Source of the DNA: Mayamaea pseudoterrestris
Lineage: Eukaryota
Direction: 5' to 3'
DNA: 64,000 bases
NCBI GenBank assembly: GCA_027923505.1
Contig: BROI01000016.1
Span: forward strand, 496,001 to 560,000
A model generated the notes under the pieces. It worked only from the letters and a program-made list of their open reading frames with translations. It was not told the DNA's origin and did no database searches. A program made the position numbers and the translations under genes. This document shows, one piece after another, positions 1 through 10,964 of the stretch. Position 1 is the first letter of the stretch. The number at the start of each line of letters is the position of its first letter.

Positions 1-309
1 AATGATTCAGCCATATATCATGGAGCAACGAAAACGAAGCAGGAGTATTGCATCCCTCTTAGATTGCTTCAAAGATCCGACACAGTTGATGCCGTGGAGG
101 GACCGAGCAATGAGGCCTCTTGAATTTTCGTTCAACAATTATGTGGGAAAATGCTTTACGAGAAGAAGGAACGTGTCGGCTTTCGGCATCATCTGTAGTG
201 TTACCAAAGGATAGTCCATTCGTCGACCATTTTCACTCACTTTTTATTGCTTTCTTCCATCTCTTTTGTTACTCTTGCATCCAATCATGATAATTATTTA
301 CTATGACAG

Positions 310-3300
310 ACTCGTCGATGACGTTTTGGGCCAAGACACGAGCGACGCCGTGGCCATGGAGAAGGTGGTCATGCTCATTTGGTCCTTTCGGGATGATCCG
401 GCGGTGGTCACATTCATGGCGCGGTTCATTGCCAAGGTTCGTCAAGAGAAGAATGTGAATATGATTATGAATGAAAAATGAGCGAGAAACAAGAAAGAAT
501 CAAGCTGTAGCGATTGCTTTCATGCATTTGTATCCCAAGAAAAATTTCGTTTGCTGTTCACTGTTTCTCATTTATTTTCGCTCACTGCACACAGTTCTCC
601 GGCTCACGTCACGTCTTTGACGGCATTGAATTCTACTTGCCGCAACTGGCGCACATGATTATACACTTGGAGGCAGACTGGGACGACGAAATATTGGAGC
701 GATTCGCCTTGGTGATTGCGCAGCAGTCGGTGCACTTTTCGCTGCAACTCAACTGGATGCTCAAGGGGGCGCTCGAGGACTACCAACCCGAGTCGCCGAG
801 CGCGCCGGGCATGTCCAACTGTAACTACAATCCGTTATACTACTCGCGCTGTCTAAAGCTGCTCAAGAACGTTGAGCGATGTGTTGTTTACGGCAAGCCG
901 CGCGCGCAGGAGCTGCAGCGGTTGTACGAGATTGGCAAGATTACCAAGCAGGAAATTATGCTGCTGGAGCAGGCGGATCGGCGGTTCAATGCCTTGCAAA
1001 TTACCAGTGAGGAGGATGACGCGCGGCATTTTGAACGTGTCGATGGGTGGCTCTACATGGTGTTGCATGAGCCTGTCAAGCGCGGCATGGTGGTGGAGGA
1101 TGTGGCAACAAAGGATAGCAAGGACAAGGAGACGGCGAAGCAAACTGCGTCGAATGCAAAGTCGGACTACGTCTACGCCACTCTCGACAAGCATGTTCTG
1201 GAGATTAAAAAGCCAACCAGCGTGTGCAACTGCAGGGAGGAACTCAAACTAGATCGAGCAGTGGCACTGGAGCGAGCCGTCATTCAGGACGTTAAGAATC
1301 TTGGAATTCGCATCACGACGGCAAAAGGAACCGACTTGACGCTTCGTTGTTCGACGCAGGAGGAATATACGCTGTGGCTGCGTCGATTACGGGAGGAGGC
1401 GCAGGCGAGCAAACTTTTTGGTGCCAGTGGAAATCCGGCGAGTGAAAAGATTATGGACGAAGGCGCGTCACATCCGCTGTCAACGTCGTTGAAGGGAGAC
1501 TTGTCACCTGCCGAGTTGAACCGCTTCGAGTTTTTCCAGAATGAACGCAACTTTGTTGACGATTTGACGCGAATTGCGGAAGACTTGCGCTTTTGCGATC
1601 GAGCGCAACGAAAGATTGTGGCACCGTCGTTCATGGAAAAGTTAGTCATTCCGCCAAATGTTTATGTTCCGCTTTGTAATTCGTCAGACTATTGGCGACG
1701 AGCCGTGATGACTTTGCCACACGAGACTCGAGTCTTCAACACGAAGGAGCGTTGCCCTACCGTCATGCAATTTGTTGCCAAGCGGGGCGAAACGTTGGAA
1801 AATGGAGGGCGAATTGAACCGACAATTGATGTGGCAACGTACATGCACACTCATTTTGATGTCATTGCTGAAATGGACACGATAAAGGAAGTTGATAGTG
1901 GCGAAGAAAAGCAAACGGCGCCAGCGGCAGAAGAAACGACTGGAAGCGAGAAGAATGGCGGTGATCGCGAGTCGATGCACAGCCGATCAAACATTTGGCA
2001 CGAGGACGAGGAAGGTAGCACTAGAGATATTGAAGTCGAGGTCGAGGATGACCGTGGCGATGGTGCCCCCATTTCACCCTCCAACAAACGAGCTCGGCCA
2101 AAACCAGGCGGAAATAAGCGAATGCAGCGCTTACTTCGCGAGTCGGTTGTAATTGTTCCAAATCGAATCCAGCGACGTCTCAAGGCACAAACATCAAAGA
2201 AACGCATGACAAATAGTGTTGTGGATCGGCAAACTGAAGTTGCACCCGCGGTGCCAATCCTGGAAGGTGACCACGCGCTTCATGTTGGCGACGGAAGCGC
2301 TGTTGTGTCTACTGGGAGCAGTGTTTTGGTCAAGGGTAAAATTATCATGGCGCATGTGGATGGCGGCAATATAGATGATGAAAGTATCGCAAGAGCCAAT
2401 CAAATAATATCAGGTGGAGAGAGTTGGGCCGTCAGGACAGCAAAAATGCTCGAGGAGGCGCGCGCTAAATCGAACGACTCTGATGAGCATTGTCAGACTG
2501 AAATAGTTAGTTGTCTGGCCAAGTCCAACGACGACCTGCGACAGGAAGTGTTTGTCATGCAAATGATTCACTTTTACAAGTCAGTTTTTGCGCAAGCCAA
2601 GCTACCTTTATGGCTCAAGACCTATCGCATCTTGAGTACGAGTAGCAGCACTGGTCTTTTGGAGTTACTGACTGACGCCACTTCGCTTGACGCCCTTAAG
2701 AAAACCGATGGCTATCCAAAGGAAGGCGGATTGCGCGCTTACTTTGAAAACGTATACGGCGGACCCGACTCTGAGTCGTTCAAAGCCGCTCAAGCGAACT
2801 TCGCTCAAAGCCTCGCTGCCTATGGAATCGTAGCTTACCTCTTGGGTCTAAAGGATCGACACAACGGCAACATTATGATTGACACACGTGGTCATTTAAT
2901 TAACATTGATTTCGGTTTTGCCATGGGGATGAGACCAGGTAATGGATTCAGCTTTGAGCGAGCTCCCTTTAAGCTAACCAAGGAGTATGTTCAGGTCATG
3001 GGTGGCATTAAGTCGGGATGCTACAAAGAGTTTGAACGCTTGTTTGTCGCTGGTTTCGAGGAAGCACGTAAGAATTCACAGATCGCTCTTGGTTTGGTAG
3101 AGATTATGATGTACAAAAGTAATTATCCATGCTTCTCGGGGAAGCGTCACGGGCATGGAAAGGCCTTGACACAGTTCGAGGACCGCCTTATGCTCAAGGT
3201 GCCCGAGCACAAGGTCAAGGCGAGGATTCTCGGTTTGATTCGCAAAGCGAGACAACATGCAGGTACCTATATGTACGATGCATTTCAAAAGGCATCGAAT

Positions 3301-3315
3301 GGATACGCTATATAG
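310..3315 (+). CDS. Phosphatidylinositol 4-kinase (type III-like) with N-terminal helical PIK region, PH-like domain and C-terminal kinase domain; 5' end uncertain
   Basis: Motifs FYLPQL, KSNDDLRQE, LGLKDRHNGNIMID, IDFGF and FERAPFKLT. Exon 310-436, intron 437-594 (GTTCGT...CAG) and exon 595-3315 are in frame. A further upstream exon (ORF 2-214?) could not be joined confidently. Confidence 0.9.
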
Positions 3316-3743
3316 TTAAAAGTTGTTTTGTAACGATGGTTGCTATCCATAGTTATCACTCTTGTTTCCACCCTTGGCTACTGCTATCTTTCGCGCGACC
3401 GTACTACGGCAGCTCGTACTACACCATGATAACAATTATCAAAGCTCTGAAATTGATTAAAAGAGACGAAAGCGGAAGGCCACGGTGGAGAAAACGCAAC
3501 CAACCACGATCCTGCATTCCTTTAACACTTTAAAGAATCCGATAGTGTCAAAACCCAGTGAAATCATGTTCTTTGCAATCAGACGGTATGCAAAAAATAT
3601 GAACTGGATTTCAGCCATCGCTTTGTGTTGCCGTAACAAATTTGGTTTGATATTAACGTTTAATTTGAAAAATTATCTACAAAATGCGAGTAAGAGACGG
3701 CATTCACCTTACTCTACGCGATGGATGCACGAAGGTTCAGTAT

Positions 3744-6177
3744 TTATCGCAAAGACACGGCGGCTCCGCAAGTGCAGTTACACGCGCATTCCACGTCTTC
3801 GCAATCCACATGGAACTCCATTCCGTCAACAAAAGGTGACAATGCTTGACAAACTTCCGATGGCACTGATCCAGACAAATCGTTTTGTTGCAAAAACACA
3901 CCAATGGGCGCATTTCTGCCCAATCCTTGTAACTCGGAAGGTATTGTGCCGGTGAGCATATTGCCGCTCGTATCCAATACTGGGCAAGCGAAGAGAAGTT
4001 AAGTGTTAGTGTCCTGGTTTTGCGCCCACCTGTGGGCATGCAAGTTTTCGCAATGGATTTCACGTACTGTAGCAGTCACGCAAGTTCCCCAACTCCGTCG
4101 GGATTGTGCCAGTCAATTGATTGTCGCTCCTATTGCCGAAAAAAAGGTGAGCCTATTTTCTGATGATACATTGTGCAGCCTCACTCGCGTGAACTTACGT
4201 GTAGAACGAGCCACAAGCAGTCAATGCCCCCAACTCGGTCGGAAGTGTTCCCGTCAAAAGGTTTTCTCCAAACGAGAAAGCTATCATGCTTTGATTCCAC
4301 ATGGCTAAACTTGTTGGAAGCGTTCCGGTCAGTTTGTTAATGCCGACGTAAAAGTCTGTGGCCAGAGTCAACAAGCCAATCTCGGTTGGAATGGTCCCGT
4401 ATAGACGCGCCAGCTCCTCCATTTCAAAATACGTCACCTTTGTCAGCTGACCAAACTCGGATGGGATGGTCGAAACGATCTTGTTTCTGCCCATCAACAT
4501 GGTTTCAACATTGGTCAGCAATCCCAGCTCTGTCGGCAGCGAGCCACTAAATGCGTTATCGGAAAGCGCAAACGATAGCATCGAGCTCAACATTCCGACC
4601 TCTGTCGGTATCGTCCCAGTCATCAAGTAGTTTTCCTCCACACGAAGAGCCTGCAAGGAAGTCATGAGACCGAGGTAGGTCGGCAGTGTGCCCGACATGG
4701 AGTTTCGGACCGTGTACAGGAATTTCAAACGCTCCCAGCCGGCCCATACTTCATCCGGAATGCTTCCCGTCAGCAAATTCTCATGAAGACGCACGTCCGT
4801 CAGCTTGGTGAGGTTGCGCGTCGCCACTGGAATGCTGCCGGAAAGACTGTTGACGTACAACCGGAGCTTTGTTAAATTGGGCACGCTGCCGCTCAAACCT
4901 TGTAAAATGGTTGTCAAATTACCAGTCAAACCACATTCCCCACACTCGAGCGTTCGCAGTTGCGTCAACTGCGCCACGGTGCTTGGCAAGGTGCCCGTCA
5001 ACGAGTTAATGTTGAGTGACAAGGTGGTGAGCGTCGTCAGTAGCCCAATCTCCATGGGAATGCCATTAGAGCCCACCAAGCCGTTGGCCGCCAATCGCAA
5101 TTCGCGGAACCCATCTTGACGACACGCTTTTAAATAATCCTCCTTGTTGCGAATGCGCTCGTTGGGGTAGCCCATGTGCGTGGGTTCGGAGCTGCTGAAC
5201 CAGGTGCAAACGTCGTTGGTGCTGTTGCCGTTTGAAATGCCCAGCCAGTTGGTGTAGTCGTTCCAGCTCAATCCGTCCGTCGCAAAGAACAAAACAGCGA
5301 GTGCAAAGCGCGTCGTGAGTTGCTCCTCTGAATAAGAAGCAGATGATGATGATGCTGCTGTCGTATTGGAGGAGCTGATTGCCAGTGGATCCGAAAGGAG
5401 CCACTTCCACGCTTGTCCCTGCGGCGACGTTGGTTGAAAGTCGGTGTCCGTCCAGCGCATCGTTTCGTACCACGCACCAGATTCTGCAGAAACGTCGGCT
5501 CGCAGCGCCTGCACCGTGTAGCTTGGCAAGCGGCTGGTGGCCACTCTATAGAGGTTTGTTTCCTTGTCGCTCCACCAAAGATTGTTGCCGCTAGTCGATA
5601 GACTCTTGGTAGTATCTTCATTCTTTTTCTTCACCATGACGACGCTGACAGTGACAACAATCACAATGACTGCCGCAAGAATGGCACACACAACAAAGGC
5701 CCGCTTTTTGCTCACCAAGCAGTCCTCATCCGGCACGGGCTTGGCGTTGTAAACGACTGATTGTTGCGCATTATTGTCGGCATGCTGCTCCGGCGACGAC
5801 GCATTCGCCGCATTGACCGTCTTTGGAATGGTGGCTATGGGAAGAAAGTGTTGCGTCGGCACGGCGCGCAGCGTCGTTGGATGCGCCGCTGCTGCTGTTG
5901 TTGATGATGATGGCGCCGTCGAATCGTCCGTGGCCGTCGTGGCGCCGCCAGCGGCAGTGGAGGAACCGGACGACTGCAATATCGTGGGAGGCACTTGTCC
6001 GTCCTGGAGAATCTTGGATTCCAGCAAGTCTTGGAGCAAGACGGAGGAGTTGGCGCCTGCCGAAGAGGAGAGGCCGCTGGTGCTGGGCGTCGCGGTTGTT
6101 CCTTCCTCGATATCCGGCAGAGTATTGGCGTTGCCATCATTCGAAGCCGAAGGAGGATCCGTCGACGCGGATGACAT
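3744..6177 (-). CDS. Type II membrane leucine-rich-repeat protein (plant-type LRRs), 3 exons
   Basis: Low-complexity N-terminus, TM segment (AFVVCAILAAVIVIVVTVSVVMV), many LxGxIPxExGxL repeats and a C-terminal DC...CxCxCxC cap. Exons 6177-4199, 4129-4068 and 3979-3744 are joined by GT-AG introns in matching phase. Confidence 0.9.
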
Positions 6178-6836
6178 GATGATGCTTTCTGTTTGTTGTA
6201 TAGTACAATGGAAGGATATCCTTGAATGGATCTGCTGAGATTCCACAAGTGAAAGGTGCCGGAGCGTTTGGTGGCAGCAGATGTCACTTTTTCAGTCGTT
6301 CCAAATGTTGTTAGTCACGTTTTGGATTATGCCCCATCTTGAATCGTGAAAAGACAGTTTTCACGTTAATGTGAGACGTCGCAACGCGTCTCAAATGGGC
6401 ATTGGGGCGATGGCTAACCACGGCAAGGTCTAAAACATTAACAACGTCCAAGCCAACGAGGAGCATTGTTTGACTCGTACCTTCGCTTTTTGTACTGCCG
6501 ACAGACACAGCATCAGTTTGTGTTGCTCATGGACAATGACAACATGGAGCTTTCCCAACATGTCCTGGATGATTTGCTTACTGTCAACGAGGTCATTTTG
6601 AACACGCGCACTGCATCGTTGGCATCGCTCCTACAACTATGATACCGGCGCAACTCGCAGGAGAAACGGAGAAACTGCTACGGGCGAGATTGCTTGTGTT
6701 ACGAGTAAGCGCTGCTAAGCTGCTAAGCATGGCAGCTTCTCTTCGTCAGCACAAAATGTAAGCTACTCTACAATGTAATCTGGCTTGTAGCAGGCAATTG
6801 TGTGTTAATCATAGTTGTATGGCGAGTATGTCTTTT

Positions 6837-7196
6837 TTAAAACCATCTGGTCCATTGCCGGTCGCATTCCGCGCTCGAATGGTGCATCTCACTCTGTTTC
6901 TGTTGTGACGGCCCACGCAGCTTTGCCGCTGAAGCTTCCATATTTGACGCAAGGAGTTGCTCAGAATTCGATTCGCTCTTGTGAGATCGCTGGCTGATGA
7001 TCATGGGAGGCTTGGTGTCTGCTGCAAAGGAAATGCTCTTGTGATCAACGGCGAGCAAACAGTGCGAGTCCGACGACGATGATGCGTCGTCCAAGGAGGA
7101 GAATTCAATGGAGATGCTGCAATCCGAGCTTGAAGAGTCATCCGTAGGAGACAGTCGACTGTTTGACTTTTTGAGAATGGAGACTGGAGCGATCAT
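6837..7196 (-). CDS. Small Ser-rich hypothetical protein (119 aa) with SILK and KSISF motifs
   Basis: ATG at 7196 (MIAPVSILKKS). Motif layout is shared with ORF 8670-8957. Confidence 0.55.
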   Translation of the reverse strand: MIAPVSILKKSNSRLSPTDDSSSSDCSISIEFSSLDDASSSSDSHCLLAVDHKSISFAADTKPPMIISQRSHKSESNSEQLLASNMEASAAKLRGPSQQKQSEMHHSSAECDRQWTRWF

Positions 7197-7228
7197 TATG
7201 TTGTTGCCTTGACAAAAAATAATGAGCA

Positions 7229-7294
7229 AGCCATGGTTCAAATTTGTCGCCCACGTATTCCAGCCATGGTTCAAATTTGTCGCCCACGTATTCC
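7229..7294. repeat. Perfect 33-bp tandem repeat x2
   Basis: agccatggttcaaatttgtcgcccacgtattcc at 7229-7261 and 7262-7294. Confidence 0.95.
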
Positions 7295-7629
7295 GGCAAA
7301 CGTGTGGCATCAAAAAAGTCCCGAGGAACGATTCGTCCGTGTCTGTGACGCCTATGACCATCTATCGAGGCAAGGTTCGCGTTTTAACATATATGCCTAA
7401 TGTTTTCCCGCATGCTCGAAAAGCTGTTCAGGCTGGCAGGCAATAATAGTTGATACCACCTGCACATTCGTAGCGGCCAATCATTCGTGTCAATCGGTCA
7501 TTCCTGTTTTGTCACGAATTCTTCCGCATTAGGAGTTGGGCAGCATTTTTCCGACAGGACAACAATTACATCGCATAATTCAACAAACGAGCCAAGACGA
7601 ACAGCCACTACTTTATTGTAACATATACA

Positions 7630-7989
7630 ATGGACGAAGACGGTCTACAGACTCCTCTTTCCTCATATCTGGAAGACCTCCTCGCCGGATGTCGCCGCGT
7701 CAAAATTGTTCACGACCAGTGCAAGACCAGTCAAGCTCTCAAGCACACTTTTGCACCAAAACATAAACGCCGCTCCATGGACATGATTTGTCGTTCCAAA
7801 GACACCAACCCATGCCGTCCAAATCGTCGCACGTCCATGGAAATGACCTGCAAGGTTTCCATCCAGCCTCCGCGCATGCCAACGCGTCGAGGATCTTGTG
7901 GAGTCTATACGCCAGCAACTGTTGCGCGTCCTGGCATTCCGCACAAGGAAAAGGCCATGATGCAGCTTGTGGTGTCGCCAATGGCGTGA
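7630..7989 (+). CDS. Small hypothetical protein (119 aa) with three RRxS-type motifs
   Basis: ATG in an A-rich context. Internal repeats KRRSMDM / RRTSMEM / PPRMPTRRGS, followed by an AT-rich 3' region. Confidence 0.6.
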   Translation: MDEDGLQTPLSSYLEDLLAGCRRVKIVHDQCKTSQALKHTFAPKHKRRSMDMICRSKDTNPCRPNRRTSMEMTCKVSIQPPRMPTRRGSCGVYTPATVARPGIPHKEKAMMQLVVSPMA

Positions 7990-8152
7990 GTGTGAAAAGA
8001 GCGTAAAGCTCACAGCGTTAAACCTTTGAACCTATGAACGAAGTAGGAAGCACCAAAAAAGGGAAACCACACGGCACCGATTTGACGGGAATATAGTATA
8101 CATTATATAACACTAGATAACTCTGTTGCCGATTCCATTGTATAAATTGTCC

Positions 8153-8180
8153 TCTAGCGGACTTGTTCTAGCGGACTTGT
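8153..8180. repeat. 14-bp tandem repeat x2
   Basis: tctagcggacttgt repeated directly. Confidence 0.85.
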
Positions 8181-8669
8181 GTTTGCCATCAATGCTGGCC
8201 GTGTCCAGGCACCCAGTGCACATTTCAAAGGGTGCCAATCTACAGCCAAGACGCAGGCTTGCCAAAATATCATAAATTGTTGTCTTTGTCACTGCTACTG
8301 GTATCGGTATATACAGTGTAGTACAAAAGCTCCCGGATTTGATATATATTAGCTAGGAGTATGTAGCTTCGAGTCGCACAGTGTTTATCATACATTTAGC
8401 TCTTGGCATTGGGCCGAATCTTTTTACTCTGTGCAGTATTTGCTGCATTCAAGAAGGCACGAAGTGTATTGACGACTAGGACTTGAAGTATGAGTTATCA
8501 TCGGCATTATGTGAGTCCTACTGTCCACGGAAGATGTCACAAACAGCCTTCACCTTCTTCCAGATTGTCTTGACTCCCATAATTTCAAGCGAAGATTCAT
8601 GGCAGGCCATTTCAGGTCCAGGTTCAAGTCTACATCTACCACTAACCTTTCCATTTCTTTCGAACAACC

Positions 8670-8957
8670 ATGGTGACATCCACCATGACCAGACCTCAAA
8701 CCAAGCCCCGCTCCATCCTCAGAAACAAGCTGCATAGCGCTATCAATGACGACGAAACTGAATCGTCCGAGTCGTCGTCGCGAGGCACCAAGATTTCTTT
8801 TCAAGCAGGCACCAAACCTGGCCGTGGCGTGCAGGCGACGCGAGGAAACGTTTGCCGGTCAACCGACGATCTACTTGATGAATTTGACTTTCTAATGACC
8901 ACATTTGAAGATCCTTACCGACGGAGGAGTGGTCGAGTCGCTACGCCGTGCAAATAA
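8670..8957 (+). CDS. Small hypothetical protein (95 aa) with SILR and KISF motifs
   Basis: KPRSILRNK, an acidic/Ser linker, then KISFQAGTKP. Resembles ORF 6837-7196. Confidence 0.55.
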   Translation: MVTSTMTRPQTKPRSILRNKLHSAINDDETESSESSSRGTKISFQAGTKPGRGVQATRGNVCRSTDDLLDEFDFLMTTFEDPYRRRSGRVATPCK

Positions 8958-9900
8958 TCGATCAACGCATGCAGTCATCTACGCCACCATCAAGCGCATA
9001 CACTTACATCTCCAAGCAACAATTTTGAATGGCTAGTATTGATATCACTTACAATTAGAGCTCAAATTTTCATACTCAGCGCTAGGCCTTTCGTTGATCT
9101 CGTACGAGTACTGATGACTGATGAAGTTACAACCTCCGGAAGCGACACAAGGTGCAAGCGGTGCAAGAGCTAGTGAATGTGACTAATCACTAAAGCCAGC
9201 GGATTCCTAACATTGGAATCCTTCGACGGCATGATATCATGCTGGATTGTTTCATAACAATGTAAGCAGTAGAGTCTGTCGGAAAGGTTGGCTGCATGGT
9301 CATGCGTGGTGAATGCCGGCACATTCCGCCATGGTGCGACTCGTTTCTTTTCGCCAGCTGTTTCGGCTTGGGCCTTTCCAAGCAGTCTTTCTCTTGTTGA
9401 ATTTCATTCACAGTTCCACTTCCTTTCAAGATCGATGTTGGGCCTTACTGTTAGCTATGCACCTACCATCGGGCGCGAACAGTTTAGTATGCGTAAAGCT
9501 CTATAGTACCTTGAACATGTTGGGGAAGGAAAGGAGTGATTAGGATTAAAAGTACAGCAAGTTTGAGCCTGACAGTACCGATGTTTCTACAAACGTTGGC
9601 TTTTGGCTCAAGCCTCGCGACACACAGCTGCACACGGAAGTAGCCGTCGTCTGCTGTCCTACTCCATGCGCAACAGGCCTTTCATGCCGCATTATTAGCT
9701 TAGCTCATATTGCTGCGAGATGAAGGAGGGAGGCGGAGAGAATCGCGATAGCTTTGTAGCTTCGGGAACGAGTGCGAATGAATTCCTACAGCGCCGCTTT
9801 AACTCCATGACCGTTGATAGCTTGGCTCCGATGCTTGAAGTTACTCCTATACCGTATTGTATAGTATTGATCGCGCTTTAACAATCTACTTTGGTGTAAT

Positions 9901-10726
9901 TTAAAGCTCCGCTGTAGTAGATTCGCCTTCACCCTTTGCTTTCGAAACCATTTGCTCCAGCAAGTTCTTTCGCCGCTTCAACCACTCGACCAAGTCTTGC
10001 TTGACCGTCTTGCTGCTTTCGCCCAAGACCTTACGCACTCGCTCCAGCTCCTGCTGCACTTTAGTTGGTTCCCAAGCGGCAGTCTTATCAATGTAGGCTT
10101 GCTCCTTTTCGTTGCAATTCTCCTTGTCGAGCGAGCAGGTAATGGCAAGGACCTTGTCGCCGTCGAGAATCTATAATGGCAAATGGAAAGCGAATCGATG
10201 AGATCCTGAAATTTATTTCAAAGACATTGACCAAGTAATGTAGCAGTCATTGCACTTATGTCATTCATGCAAGCACCACGCTTACCTTGACAATTTCCAT
10301 CTGAAAAATGAGCATACTTTCGCCTGGAATTTTCGGCGGACTACCTCGATCACCATAGGCCAATTCACTTGGAATATACATTTCCCATTTATCGCCTTCC
10401 ACCATTAGCTGCATAGCTTCCGTCCATCCCTTGATGACTTGGTTGGGAGCAAAGGTGGTTGGTTCGCCGCGCTCGTAGCTCGAATCAAAGACTGTTCCAT
10501 CCATGAGCTGGCCACTGTAGTGGCAGCTGCACGGAGTACCAACGGCTGGATGGTACAAGCCGCTGCCCTTGTTCAATACCTTGTACTGAAGGCCGCTGGC
10601 CAAGGTAACGACGCCGGGTTTCTTGGCGTTTTCCGCCAAAAAGTCAAGACCTTCCTTGTTCGTGGCGCATGACAGGGAAAATAGAAGCGAGAGGCACAAG
10701 GCAAAGGTTTTGGCGTTAAGAATCAT
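9901..10726 (-). CDS. FKBP-type peptidyl-prolyl isomerase (Mip/FkpA-like), secretory, with C-terminal helical extension ending in -AEL
   Basis: Signal peptide, then FLAENAKKPGVVTLASGLQYKVL, HYSG, FDSSYERG, VIKGWTEAMQLM and IPSELAYG. Intron 10171-10285 (GTAAGC...TAG). Exon 2 ends STTAEL*. Confidence 0.92.
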
Positions 10727-10964
10727 TTTAACGACTATAGTGATATGCAGTCAGCGTCTATTGTACGTCTCGATTGCTGCAAGTGCGATACGGATTGGAA
10801 TCGTTTGGCCAAGGCCGCGTCGTCGCGGTCGCAGTAGAAATGTCTTTTTAGACGCGCTTCCAACTTGCCTCGTCGCAACAGTGAACGGATATCTCATTTT
10901 AAATTTAGCTTTTCAAGATCGCTGCATGGTATCTTTGCGGAGCACCAAAACCGACGAATCGATC

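Noticed and set aside
7229..7294. 33-bp repeat as a CRISPR-like array
   Set aside because: Two abutting copies with no spacer, no cas genes, and a eukaryotic context.
9000..9900. Non-coding stretch examined for tRNA/snoRNA
   Set aside because: No cloverleaf, T-loop consensus or convincing box motifs were found by eye.
10623..10964. 5' extension of the 912-aa ORF overlapping the FKBP start
   Set aside because: It begins at a non-ATG codon, overlaps a divergent gene and spans the likely shared promoter.
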